This document shows positions 11,170 to 24,115 of a stretch of 64,000 bases of DNA, piece after piece. The notes under the pieces were generated by a model, which ran no database searches, was not told the origin of the DNA, and saw nothing but the letters and a program-made list of their open reading frames with translations. Numbering within the stretch: position 1 is the first letter of the stretch; each line of letters starts with the position of its first letter. This stretch comes from Blepharisma stoltei ATCC 30299 (lineage: Eukaryota; Protista; Ciliophora): assembly GCA_965603825.1 (NCBI GenBank), contig CBFDEM010000018.1:868001-932000 (forward strand). Direction: 5' to 3'. The position numbers and the translations under genes are program-made.

Positions 11170-12441
11170 TTAATCAAAAAGGGACTTAGGGACAGATTCA
11201 AATTTTCTGTTTCCACTTCCCCTTTGGCCCTGAAAAGCTTGCTCAATTGACTCTTCTTCGTGCTCGTAGCTCCCAAACTGAGCTCTCAATGAGCTTTCTT
11301 GTCCTTTAGGTGTGCTGCTTTCTGATGAGCTTTTTCCTAGGCCTCTGTTTTTTGGTGTTACTGGCTCTTTAACTTCTTCTAATTCATCATAATTATTTAT
11401 TCTATCTGTAGCAGCTCCATCCATTTCCCATTGGATTTCAGGAGGTGTCGCAGCTCCTTGTTCATATCTTTGTATTTCTTGGACTGTTTCTCCAGTGCTG
11501 AGATGAAGTAAATTTTCAAAAGGATCTGGAGATGCATAATGGCTTTCTTTGGATTCTTCTTGGACTTTTGCATTGATGCTTTCTGTGCTTCCTATGTCAG
11601 ATAATAGCTGCCTTTGGTTGCTACTCTGGGGGTACACTTCAATTATTGGCATAAAGTGGTCTGCAGGAGGGTCAGCTGGCACAGCTTGATTATGTGACAA
11701 AGTGATAACTTCAGAAATTGCCTCATTGTCTAATATAGTTTCTTCAATTTGTGTTTTCAAAGACTGGATTATTTCGTTTTTCTCATGTATCAGCTGGTAA
11801 AAATTGTCAACTTCTTGTCTCACACTCGCAATATCGCTCATTAATATTTCCTTTTGTTGCAGCAAAGGTGTAAGGCTATCAACAGAATTAACTTCTCTTA
11901 CATTTAATTTTTCCAACAAACTCCCTCGCTGTTGTTCTAAGCTAACTCTTGCAGATTCACTATTTTTCTTAAGTTTTTGATATTCTTCCCACATTTCCTT
12001 TATGCTTTCATTGAATTTTTTCTTTTCTTTTGAAACTTCTTCTAGTCTTGCCCTTAGGCTTTTGGTTTCATTTGTTTTGCTTTCCAATACTTTTTCCAAT
12101 GCTTCTATTTCTTGTAAGCTGGCTTGCTGCTCTTTTTCCTTTTCCTTTTTCCTAACTTCTAATCGGAGTTTTTCGAGCTCTTTTTCTAAGAGTCCAGCTT
12201 TGAGCTTTTCGTTTTCTATTTGAATGCTAGCGAGAACATGGCGTCTTCTGGCATCTAGAGTTTCTTTGCGTTTCTTCTTTATTTCTTCTTGGAGAGCTCT
12301 GATTTGGTCAGAACCTGCAGGGTCTGATTGCGAGATTTTTTCTCAGGATGAAAAAGATTGCTGGTCTGAAGGGATCTTGGGGTTTTCTGTATTAGATTTT
12401 GAAGGAATTCGGTCAGATTCTTTGCCAGAAAGCACGCTCAT
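11170..12441 (-). CDS. Coiled-coil protein with acidic C-terminus
   Basis: ATG at 12441 is in frame with ORF 11170-12099 via one TGA. Confidence 0.75.
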
Positions 12442-12702
12442 ATTTATTATTGAGATGAAAATAGAGGAAAATGAAATTAAATTGAAGATGATATAGTTAA
12501 GTAAAACTAATTTTTATGCTATTTTGAGTAGATAAATAATGATAGATTGCTAACCAAAGGATAAAGCAAGTGATAAAAAGAAGACTGGCCCATATGATTA
12601 TTTATATAAGAAATTCCAATTTATGAAGTTTTTCCAATTATTCAGACTATAGGGGTAGATTTATTAAGCTTAATTACAAATACCCTCTATATAATCCTCA
12701 TC

Positions 12703-13452
12703 ATGGAGGAAAACTTTACTTTTACTTATCTACCTGGCGCAGTTTTTAAGACTACTCAGACCAGAGAAATTCAAGATCTCCTAACTAAATGGGGATTAGC
12801 TCAATCAATGAATTTATGGAAGTTCAGATTTGATCATGCATTTAATGACTTGATGTCTGCATCATTTCTCAGTGATTTAGTAAATAGCCCAGACGTCGCC
12901 AATGTAGTTGCACCTATTCGAACTGCTAAGACAAGAGACAGCATTTCACAACTAAATTACACAGAGCTAAGGACAACACAGACTTCTATGGATTTTTTCA
13001 ATTTTCTGGAAGCCAATAGATTTGCTGATCCTAGCGGGTACATCAGTAAAATTATTCCAGATTATTTTGAAGAAATAGAAATATGTGATAAAATAAGACA
13101 AGCAATTTTGATTGAAGAAAGCGAAAATTATGAGCTCCTTACTGAAAATATTCGAAATGAGTTTTTGTTTAGGATTTTTCAGCATATTACAATTGGAGGA
13201 GGAATTTGCCAATATGAAGATTATACAACTCCTTATATGGATGTTGTAAAATCCTTATATAAGGATTTAATTTCAGTGGGAAAAGACGAATCCGGGCAAC
13301 TTAGGATTTCATCAAAAGCGTATCAGTTGAAGAATAGCCAAGAATTTAGACTATTTACTGCAGAGCACCCTCAAGACTTTCTTTATGTAATCGTAGACCA
13401 ACAAAATAGGCATGTAAATCTGTGGTATCATAAGTGGCATGGAATATGGTAA
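12703..13452 (+). CDS. CFAP300: Cilia- and flagella-associated protein 300 (C11orf70; dynein assembly factor)
   Basis: 'LLTKWGL', 'SMDFF', 'RNEFLFRIFQHITIGGGICQYED', 'YVIVD...VNLWYH'. Confidence 0.88.
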   Translation: MEENFTFTYLPGAVFKTTQTREIQDLLTKWGLAQSMNLWKFRFDHAFNDLMSASFLSDLVNSPDVANVVAPIRTAKTRDSISQLNYTELRTTQTSMDFFNFLEANRFADPSGYISKIIPDYFEEIEICDKIRQAILIEESENYELLTENIRNEFLFRIFQHITIGGGICQYEDYTTPYMDVVKSLYKDLISVGKDESGQLRISSKAYQLKNSQEFRLFTAEHPQDFLYVIVDQQNRHVNLWYHKWHGIW

Positions 13453-14491
13453 TTAACTACATTCAATATAAATTAATGTCATTTAGCTTTGTCTATCTCA
13501 TGCTAAATTTTCGAATTATTTAGAGGAAAATTTAGTGATAAATTTAGGAAATTTTTACCATAATCTTTGCCAATAAGCATTCCATTACCAGTCATTTTCA
13601 GCAGTTAATAATGATGAAAATGATGCAGGAGTTGGTCTGATATTTAATTGCTGATCATAAAAAGCAGTAAAATGAATTTAAGCCTAAACTTAAAAGGAAA
13701 ATTCCTGAATTACAATAATAGCATAAATAATAAATGAAAGTGCGATAATTTTATAAATATAGTTATGAGCCATAGACTTAACAATTTACCCTCTTCATAT
13801 CAATTAGCAATCGGTTTGGTAAGACTCTATCTGCAAATTCTATCATAAAATTAATTCAGAATTATATATCTGAATAGCTATGATTGATTCGGTGCTAAGT
13901 ATAAAACTCATTAAAAAGAGCAGTCTAATCGCTCAATGTTAAGGATGGCTGGGTGTTCTAAATTTTATAGTTCATCGATTTAGTTTCTGACTGCTCAGAG
14001 TTTGAATCTTTTTATAGAGATCAATTTACATACCTATTCTGATTCTATCGAATATATTAAAAATCACTTAAGATTATATTAAAAACAATCCTTTAAGCTA
14101 CTACAAAAAAAAGCCCACAATTCCTATTGTAAAATGGATGACTGGGCTTAGTTTGCGTGCATTTTGAAAACCAAGTTTGTAACAGCTGCGCCAAAAATCT
14201 ATCATTGTGTTAAAATATTACATTAATTTAGCAATTTCTTACTTAAGCTTCTGTTCTAAAGCCCTATTCCTTCCAGAAAAGTCTATAAACTTCTTAAGCA
14301 TGCTTAATTTTTTTTGCTGGTTTCCTATCTTTTCTAAAAATAAGGCTTCTTTTGTTTCCGCAATTTCTATGTGTACTACGTTTTTACTTGATTTACTGTA
14401 AAATTGTCTTGTTGCTGCTCTGCCTTGCAAGCCATATTAGCTAGCAATTTTTCATAAATCAGTGAAGCCGATCAAATTATAAAACTTAAAT

Positions 14492-14971
14492 ATGAAAGAC
14501 GTGGTGTTTAAATGTTCAGCAGAAGGCTGTCCCAGAACCTACACTAATAAATTCAACCTTAAGCGCCACATCGAGGCCTTTCATAGCGAAGACAAGAAGT
14601 ACCAGTGCAAGTATTGCACGAAGATCCTCTCTTCAAAACAGAACTTGAGAGAGCACGCCTTCACCCATTCTGGCGAAAAACCTTATTTTTGTAAGGAAAC
14701 AGGATGTGGCATGAGGTTCAGACAGGGGAGCCAACTTTCGGCCCATAAAAGAATTCATGCAGCAATTAAAAGCTATTCAGCTTGCAAACAGGAAGACAGC
14801 CCTATTGAGAAGCGGAGCATCAAGCTCTCAGAATATCTCGCAAGAAATCCTAGGATTTTAGATGAAAAATACGAAATTTTTGAGGAAAACTTGGAGAATT
14901 TTGACTTCAAATTGCCTCCAATTGCAGTCCCTCAGGAATTCGATCGTTTACCAAGTTATGTCCTTTATTAA
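14492..14971 (+). CDS. C2H2 zinc-finger protein (3 fingers)
   Basis: Three CxxC/CxxxxC...HxxxH fingers with an HSGEKPY linker. Confidence 0.92.
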   Translation: MKDVVFKCSAEGCPRTYTNKFNLKRHIEAFHSEDKKYQCKYCTKILSSKQNLREHAFTHSGEKPYFCKETGCGMRFRQGSQLSAHKRIHAAIKSYSACKQEDSPIEKRSIKLSEYLARNPRILDEKYEIFEENLENFDFKLPPIAVPQEFDRLPSYVLY

Positions 14972-15861
14972 AGTCTTTGTAAAAACTAATATAATCACTA
15001 GCATTGAAATTTTTGTCAAGTTAAACAACATATATTTTGACAAAAATGGCCATTTACGTGAGATGATCATTTAATGCTTATTCTTTTAGGAACTGCTTGT
15101 AAAATTTCCTATGATTATTATTTAATTTTTTCAGTTTAGTACACGAAATTTAGATGATTTAGGAATAGATGAACTAATTACTATTTTAGTTCTCAATGCC
15201 TTGGGGGCCATTAAGCGCCTCTGCTATATATAGTTTTTATAAAGTATTTATAATTGAGCTCAAAATGCCTTTATATTAGAGGAAGCCTAATAACTTCCCC
15301 CAAGTCTTCATCGTTTAGAACCTTTTATCTAGTCTAGATAATCCATATTTGTTGGCTAGAATTTTATAAATTACAAATAAAAGATAATCTATCATAGCTA
15401 TTAAACTTTAAGTTATGTCATCAGTTACTATAAACTTCCTAATTTTATATTTTTTTCTTATTCAAGAGCACAGTCTTTGATTAGCCTGGATATTAATAAT
15501 TTATTTAAATCGTTAATAATAGGCTAGAAATATTGTTTGAAAAGAAATAAGCATGATAAAGTAAGTCCTTAATTTAAATAATATAGCCTGAGCACTAGTT
15601 TGTTCAAAGCTATGTCCAATCCTATTCATTATGAAAAAGGATTTGCCACCTAGGAGTTTTCAGGTTTATCTATGGAAAGCCAAAGCAAAGTGGGTATTCA
15701 GATATATATACAAAATCAACACTAAAATTTGAGTTCAAAATCAAAAAATTATGTATCTCATTTATTCAACATTAGGCTTTTATAAATGCTTTAGAAATAA
15801 AAATATTATGAGACCATTTTAAATTTTTTGATTCATAATTTTTATATTTATCCAAAAACAT

Positions 15862-17817
15862 ATGGCCAAGCCTGATGCAATTGCTATTTCCTATTCTATG
15901 CCAAGCTCATACCCAAATGACTTATTTACTCTCGTTTCAAAAGGAAAAATCTCTTCCCTTTATGATTCAATCAAAGAAATGGCTCCAAGTGAAATTTTAT
16001 ACCAACTCTCTCGTCAAGATCATGAAGGTAAAACTTTAATCCATTATTCTTGCTATCTTGATCTTGAAATTATTTCTCTCTATCTTGTCTCTTTAGGCTC
16101 AAACCTTACCAATGTTGATAGAAACGGTCAAAATTGCTTTCATGTCTTAGCTTTCAAAGGAAACTATAAGACCCTAAATACAATTTTAAACTTCGAATTG
16201 CACAAATTAAGAAAGAATCTTTATGATAGCATGAATTCTATGAAATGAGACTTTGGTATGGGAAATATAAATCTTTCAAATACAGCTGGCTGGATTTTAA
16301 CTTCTAGCATCGATAGCGATCTAAAGATCAAGGCAAAAAAGCTCAAATATTCAGTAGAGCTTATCCAAAAGCTGCGTGATTATTTTTCACAAGTTGTGCA
16401 AATATACAATTCAGCTTTAAGCCAAGTTGATTCTAGAGGAAGAAATCCTTTGCATTATGCTGCATTATCGAAATTTACATGATGCCACAAAGTTGTAGAA
16501 AGTCTTCTTTCCCCTCATAAAGTTGAAAATTTCTCTGAGTTCCTTTTAAACTTTGATAGTTTAGAAAGGCTTAAAAATTCCCCATTCAAAATTGACCCCA
16601 AAAAGTATTTGAGTGTCCTTGACGAAGTCAAAAGCATAATAGGAAGCAATGAGTATAAAATTTGTTTTAAAGAATTCAAGGATGCATTGAAAACAGTTAT
16701 TACAAATGCTATAAATTTAAAAGATAACAAAGCGAAAACTCCACTAAAAATTGCAACAATTTCTGGCGATTTTAAAATAGTGACAAAACTTGTAGACTTA
16801 AGAGCAGAGAAGCCACCAGAAGACACTCAAGCTTTATCTAATTTAAAATCTGCCAGCAGCAAGCTTGTGGCAAAATATTTATCTCTTCCAGAGCCCTCTA
16901 CTATTACCGATAACATTGAAAGTTACAATGATTTGATAAGGTTTGGATACATCCCAGAAAACTCAAAAAGAAAACTTCTTTCAAAAAATATCAGCAAGAA
17001 ATCCATAACAGAGAGAGGACCTCTACCTGCAGATATTATCAATCAGAAAGATCCAAATTTAATTGGATGAGATTTATACACTCCTTTACACTATGCTTGC
17101 ATGCTTGGAAAACTAGAAGATACCATAGAACTCATAAACCAAGGCGCAGATGTTAATGCAGTCTCTGAATATTCGCTTACTCCTTTACATTTAGCCGCTC
17201 AGTTTAATAAATCAAATACAATAAAAGTTTTAATAGACAATGGGGCAATAAAAAACCAAAGAGACCAAAAAAATATGGCACCTCTTATGCTAGCTGCTAA
17301 ATTTGGAGCTACAGATAGTTTAAAGTCATTACTAGGAAATGGGGCAGACCCTTATGAGATGGACGAGAAAAAATGAACATGCTTGCATTATGCGAGTTTT
17401 CATAATAAAGAAAAAATTGTAGCAGAGCTGATTAAATGAGACAGTGATGAAAACAAACTGCATTTAATAAAGAATTTGCATGGAAAAACAGCATTAGAGC
17501 TTACTTCCAACCCAAAAACAAAAGCAGCTTTTGATACCTTATGGATGGCTGCACATAAAGGAGACTTAGATTTGGCAAGAAAATTATTTAGAAAAGGCCA
17601 TGATGTCAATGAGAGAACATTGCTTGAAAGGAATACTCCACTTATGAATGTAAATCATATTTAGGCAGTTAAAAACTCACAAGTAATGATGGTAAAATTG
17701 TTATTAGATCACGGTGCTGATATAGAAATTACTAATAAGGATCAGCTAACAGCTCTAGACTATGCAAAAGAAGTAGGACATCCACAAATAATTATGATAC
17801 TTGAAGCCTATAAGTAG
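15862..17817 (+). CDS. Ankyrin-repeat protein, one 15-nt intron
   Basis: Five ORF fragments in one frame joined by TGA; repeated TPLH/NPLH ankyrin motifs; the last repeats are completed by splicing 17650-17664. Confidence 0.88.
17650..17664 (+). other. 15-nt spliceosomal intron
   Basis: GTAAATCATATTTAG; removal gives ankyrin 'TPLMNAVKN'. Confidence 0.88.
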
Positions 17818-17855
17818 AATATTTAAATTCGTAATTTAAATTAAATTATATATCA

Positions 17856-19652
17856 TTATTGCTTTGATTTATAAATTTCAAACAGTTTTTGGTGCTTTAA
17901 TGAGAGCGATTTTATGATCTTTTCACTGAGTTCAGGCATAATTGAAGAAATTCGTACTAAGCAGAAAATCATATTTCTTCTAACTTCAGGACTTTGATGC
18001 TCAAGAGATGCCACTGCTGTGCGTTTTAATGAATCTTCGTGCTCTGGCAGCTGGCTTTTATAGAGATCTAGGCATTTATTTAGTATAGAAATGAAAACAG
18101 CTTTATGAGGCTGCTGGGCGCTATCAATTGCGTGCAGAAAATTAGGGATTGTGTAATAACTTTGCATTATATTGCTAAGGCAGGCATCTAAAGAAGCCGT
18201 TAATTCTCGTACTTTGAAATTGTAGAGCGGGACAAGTGAATCAATAATTAGATCTTTGTAGCTCATTACATTTCGAGATTCGAAAAGAAGCTTATTAAGG
18301 ACATTTACTTTAGCTGTTAGCTCTTCAATATTATTCGTTTTTAAAGAATCCAAAACGCTTTCAATACTTTCGTCTGTTATTGGCGAGTTTTGGATTTTTA
18401 GCTCATCATTGTTAAATTCTGTTGTCAGGATTTTAGGCTTTAGCTCGTCAAGTTTTAGCTTTGTTTGAGAAAGAAAACTAGGCTCACCATCAAAAGATTT
18501 AGATCGATTCGGAAATTTGGGTGTTTCAACAAAAACTTCTGTTTGTTTTGCTTCAAGTTGGAATTTTGGAGTATCAGTTATAAATTCCATTGGCTTTTCT
18601 AGGAACTGGAACTTTGATTCAGCGAGTTTTGTTCCATTAAAATTGATTCTTGACTCTTTTTGAATATTTTGAATTTGGGCTCTTATATTTTCTAATATCG
18701 ACTCAGCCGGTCTATCATAATTTTCAGTCGGTGAGTCATATTCATCAGGCTGAGTTGCAGACTCAGGGTCTTTAATTGAATATGATAGCTGAAATCTAAC
18801 CTTTTTAGTAGCTGTGTCTTCTGAAAAGTTGGTGTACACACTATTGTCTATTTCCGACTCATCAGCTGGGGCATCCATTCTTATAGAAGGAATTGACAAT
18901 TTTTTTTTTGATTTTTCTTTTAAAAGTATTCCTGAAGAAATTGGAGATCTGTTTCTGTCACTATTTATTGAAAATTTCTTTTTTGAATGTGTAGGCAGGT
19001 TGCTTTCTATGTGTTCATAAGCTTCTCTATAATTTTCATAAAAAACTTTTACGAATTCTTCTAGCTGTAAATCTGGTAGATTAAGAGTTAGTATTTTCCT
19101 CACAATTTTAAAAAGTGTCATATAAAGTCCACTATTAGGTAAGCTTCCTATGCAGCCCAATAATAAATCATTGAATGTCTGGAAACCTTTTAGCTGAATC
19201 ACAGGATTTCTATCTTCTAATAAATCTCCAATAAAGTCAATGAAAACCCAAGATTTCAATTTTTCATAAATTTTAGCCGCAGCTTTGAGTCCTGAATCTG
19301 AGGTTTGTTTATTACTGGATCGAATTGTGTCAGATAAAATACTAATAATTGGGTCTTTAATTTGGATTGAATTTGTGCCAATTGTTTCTATACCAAGAGT
19401 CAACAGTATTAAAACTTCTCTGCAAACTGCACTTTTTGGATCTTTGGCAGATACCCTTAAGATTTTTAAGAATTTTTTGAAGTGGTTAAAAAATCCTTCA
19501 ATGTTTGAGCCTGCTCGTCAAATTGCTTGTTGCGCTTTTTTTAATGCTTTTATTTTAGACTGAGAGTCTGAGTTTGTTATTGATAATATACTAGAGGCTT
19601 GACTAAACGCTTCTGCAAGCATTATAGAAGAAAGAGGATCAATAGATTCCAT
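17856..19652 (-). CDS. HEAT/TOG-type, CLASP-like protein
   Basis: Helical N-terminal region; C-terminal 'SPEVRRNMIFCLVRI...QKLFEIY' resembles the CLASP C-terminus; one TGA=Trp. Confidence 0.6.
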
Positions 19653-19895
19653 TATTATAAAAGTCAAAAAAATTGTTTTATTATCTAGAACTTTTAATCT
19701 AAAAAATATTAAAAATAAGAATATTTCCCATCCCTTATGTTTATAATTCAAAAATTCCATCACTATTTAAAGGAAACAATTAGAGATATCCTTTGCGATG
19801 GATTGATTATCATCAATAACAATTACCTCTCCAATAAAAAGATAATTTTTATACGGAAAAAAATATAACTATAATTAAATATTGTGGAACACCAA

Positions 19896-20570
19896 TTATA
19901 TATGAGATGCTTCATAAGAGGTATTATAATTCAAATTGCTAGATGCTTCAGATCTTAGCCTTTCAACTAAATTAATTGATTTGTCACTCATATTGCTAGA
20001 GTAGCTTCTATGATGAAAACTTGGTGATTCTAGTGTCGAAAATCTCATAAGGCTTGGTGTTCTTGGAGGCGATTTCATATCAACTAAATCGCTTGTTTTA
20101 TTTAGATATTGGTTGTTTTTTCTATCCTTTATTTCATCTAAGTTAATTTCTACTTGATAAAACTCTGAGCTAGCTTGCGAGCTTGATTTTTCAATTTCTT
20201 GAAGTAGATTACTACCTCTTGGATTGATTCTTCTTAAACTTTGCTCTCTCAGAGAGCTTTTAATCATATATTTTTCCTTCAATATTTCTTTTTCAATCCA
20301 ACTTAATTTTCCTCCTAAATCAAACGCTAAAGTATGTTCTTTAAATCCATTGCTATCGTTTTCCTCTAATAAAAATCCTCTAAAATCGCTTCCAATCGGA
20401 GACACGCCACCAGGAGAGCTATCAAATTCAGTTATTTCTTCTTTTTCAGTGGTTTGAAAGCTTTGCTGTTGGAATTCATTAACAGGATTTAGTTCGCTCT
20501 TTTTATCATCATTTGCTTTTTTATCACAATCATGACAAAGAATAGACGTTTTCGATAAAGCAGATCCCAT
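19896..20570 (-). CDS. Uncharacterised, probably N-myristoylated protein
   Basis: MGSALSK consensus followed by CxxC; shares motifs with 42284-43003. Confidence 0.75.
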   Translation of the reverse strand: MGSALSKTSILCHDCDKKANDDKKSELNPVNEFQQQSFQTTEKEEITEFDSSPGGVSPIGSDFRGFLLEENDSNGFKEHTLAFDLGGKLSWIEKEILKEKYMIKSSLREQSLRRINPRGSNLLQEIEKSSSQASSEFYQVEINLDEIKDRKNNQYLNKTSDLVDMKSPPRTPSLMRFSTLESPSFHHRSYSSNMSDKSINLVERLRSEASSNLNYNTSYEASHI

Positions 20571-21339
20571 ATTAAAATTAGTAAACTAAAATATCAGCGA
20601 TGCAAAGGTTAAATTCAAAATTATTTAAATTTTATTATTGCAACTTAAGAAGGTAGAATGGTTTAAAAGTAGATAACCCTATTTATTCTAGTAAAATACT
20701 CTTAAAACGATAGGATTATTTTGTATATGAATGATTATAGATCAATTAAATAATATTGTTAAATGATTTCTTCTGAGGGGTTTGATTTTGCACTTAAGAG
20801 TTAATTGATTTATTTATGCATTGGCTCTTATAAGCTCTTTTTGGAGAATATTGAGTCAAATTAGCCATTAGAGCAAGTATAATTCAGTTCAATCATATAT
20901 TTTTAAATTTTAGCAAAATACGAATTTTAATTGCATCATTCTCGAATTTTTTCCGTTTTAATGCAATTAATAAAATTAACACGAAAATGAAAAAGTTTTA
21001 TTTGATGCAAAATTTCTCAGAATTTTTCGTAAAGATGTATTCAATTGAATTTAACTAATCACCAAGTAGTTAATTTGAAATTTGACTCATCGAATAAATC
21101 AGCAAAAATTCATAAGATGTGCGTTATAACATAATTTTAAATATTAGACTAAAATAAATAAGCTTAATTTGATTCCATTCTTTAATTTTATTTCAAGCTT
21201 ATTAGCGTATAAATTATACAAACTATGAGCTATTCAAAGCAGAGGACATGCTTTAAGGTATAAAAATAATGATATTTTTTCTAGTAGAATATAACTCCCT
21301 TTTTGCTCAAATTCTATTTTAGCTTATTTTAATCAAGTA

Positions 21340-23283
21340 ATGAATAAATATTCAGATCTATATCAAAGACCTTTAACCTCTTTCAGTTCAAGTAACTTCT
21401 TCAGTTCAACAAAATCACCCCTCACTAGTAGGGCTGCGCCAGTCGAATTCCAAAACTTCAATGAAGCATTGTCAAGTGACAAATTACTTGCAAACCAATT
21501 ATTTTCAAAATCATGAGAAGCTCTTTACTCTCCGCGATCATCAGCCTATCAAGACACCCAGAGAAGTGGTAAATCTATTGATGACTCCCAGTATCAAATT
21601 TCTGTAAAATTTCCAGATCGACCTAAAACTTCTTCAATTAGTGGTCTTACCTTCCAAGAAAATGAACGAGTTATGAGCAGTTCCAGAACTTTGCTTACTT
21701 CAAGAGATAATGTTTCATTTCCATCAGTTTTCAGCTCAACTCAAAAACTGCCAGGCGAAAAAGATTTTAATCGGATTTTAAACAAAATCGAAATGATTGT
21801 TTCAAACAAATATCTTGGCAATAGAGGTGCAACTCTTAGAGAAGGCGAACCAATAGAAATTATGGCCGAACAATCTTCAATTAGCTTCTTAAAAGTTTAC
21901 ACTAAAGGGAAAAGATGCCCAATGAGGGTTCATATAAAAAAGTATAGAGGGAAGCTAATAGTTTATACGTCGAGACACAACCCTGAGCCTACTGAAAGTT
22001 TGCATGACGAAAGTTTTAAAGTTGACTCATTTGAAATTTCAGACCCAGGTCTAAAATTCAAAAACGAATACATGCATTTTGGAATCCAAACCCTTGAAGA
22101 TTCCACATTTTCTATAGCAGTTAATTTCGGAAGACTGAAAATCTCTCTGAATAAAAAGAGAAAAACGGAAAGACAAGACACAGCAGTCGAATTAGAAAGC
22201 CTCAGAAAAAATGAAATGCTTCAATATGAACTTAACAAAAAAGTTGACAATGCAATCGCAAAGAGAAAATTTGAACAATTACAAAAATTAAGCGAAAAGG
22301 ATTTTCTGAAAATGAATATGAATATTCTCCCACCGAATTCTCCACGTGTTGCACGAGAAAAAGCAATTTTTCAGAAGAAAATTGAAGAGAGAAGAAAAAT
22401 AGCAAAAGTGCGAAATAAATTATCAATTCAAGAAAAACAGCAAAGAGCTGTTAATGTTGTAAATAAAAAACTGCTAAGAGCAGAAGAAGAGAGGCAGGAA
22501 AGAATAAAACGAGAAGAATTTATTTTATTGCAAAAGGAGCAACAAGAGTGGTTTATTGTAATTAATCTTGCGCTTTCAATGGTTTCTATTAGGGAAAGAT
22601 GGCTTTCAAAACGGAAAGAGAAATTAGATAATTTTAAAAAAAGCATGGCGGCTAGAAAAATTCAAAGTTTTTTCCGAAAACGTAACAAAAATAATACAAT
22701 CTCAGACCTTTGTATAAATCGAGCTAAAGACGCTCTTATTTTCTATATTAACCATATAAAACCAATACAAATGAGTAAATTTAGACATCAAATATCAAAA
22801 TGTATCTATGAGAGTGCAAGAAATCATACTTTGCCTCATCATTTTTCAGCATTTACACAGGGCATTTTTAATGTTCAAAAAGTATGACGTGAGTATAATA
22901 CGAAAAATAAAGAACGATGGGAAGAATTGACATCACTTTGGAATCAAACACTTGAAAAGAAAATTCTTGATTTAAACAAAACAAAACCAGCAAAAGGGAA
23001 AAAAAGAAGAGACGAATCTTCAAAATATCTAAAAATTTCTGCCATAGCAAGAAATCATGTGCTAACTGAATATTTTAGAGATTGCAAGAGAAGCTTTAGA
23101 GAAAAAATCAGAAAGTTTATAGAGCTTAGAAAAATGCATAAAGTAATTAGGCAGTGATCATCAAAATATTTGAGAAATGATGACCTTGGACTAGATCAAG
23201 AAAATCTAATCTTCACATTCATGCCAGATGAATCAAACATGCTTCTGCTTATTGAAAAAGCTATTGAAATTGCTATTAATTAA
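21340..23283 (+). CDS. IQ-motif coiled-coil protein
   Basis: Single frame with three TGA; IQ-like 'AARKIQSFFR' and 'IFNVQKVWR' (W encoded by TGA). Confidence 0.75.
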
Positions 23284-23393
23284 TATTAGTCATTTAGATA
23301 AATTATAGATGTTTAGCATAAGATAAAAAGATATTTCGAATATTAATATTGGCAAGAAATATGAACAATTATTTAATACAATCAGCAAAATTT

Positions 23394-24053
23394 CTATCCT
23401 TTGATATTTCCTTCACTTTGATCAAGAATTCTTAAGCATGCAGGAATCCTCAATTTTTTATTTTCCAAATAAGTTTTATACTTTTGAACAGCTGGCAAGG
23501 TCACAAGTTGCGCTTGGGCTTTTTCATGCCTAATATCTAAATCAGTAGCCAGCTCTTTTTTTTCTTTTGCATAGAGATTAAATTTTTTCTTCCTCATATG
23601 TAGATTATAATACAAGTTTTTAATCCTTTCTTCTTCATCCTGTACCTTGGCTGTTGAAATATTTGCTAACTTTTCCCAGTTCCTGGGTGAGATATATCAA
23701 GGGCTTTTATAGGATTTTTTAAAGTCAAGTTTTCGGGTTGTGCAGCTAAGTTCAGAAGAATGATTATGGGCTAAAGATGATGCTTCAAATGGCTGAGTAT
23801 TTTCGAATGAGCTCATATCATTAGTTCGTTTCGAAACTTGAGACTTGACTATTCCTCTTTTTTGATACCCTAATTTAGTTTTCTGAGATTTTGACTTGAA
23901 ATCAGTATCAATTTGGTGAGATCTTTTTTCTATAGATTCAAGAGCTGCCTTTGGACTCAGATCATTTAAACACTTTAACTGCGTTTCGTCATCAGTGACC
24001 CAAAACCATTGAGTGCCAAAGTGCCTCATTATACTTCCATTAGATTTCGACAT
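23394..24053 (-). CDS. Uncharacterised basic protein
   Basis: Two ORFs in one frame joined by TGA 23697; TAG stop. Confidence 0.7.
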
Positions 24054-24115
24054 TAAAATTAGAACTTATATTCTCATTATTTTTTTGCAAAAGAATTTTG
24101 TTTCAATTTCAAAAA

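Noticed and set aside
15090-15480. U3 or U17/snR30 identity (AAGACTGT and TATTCCTA look-alikes)
   Set aside because: Boxes A/B/C are missing and the spacing is inconsistent with either family
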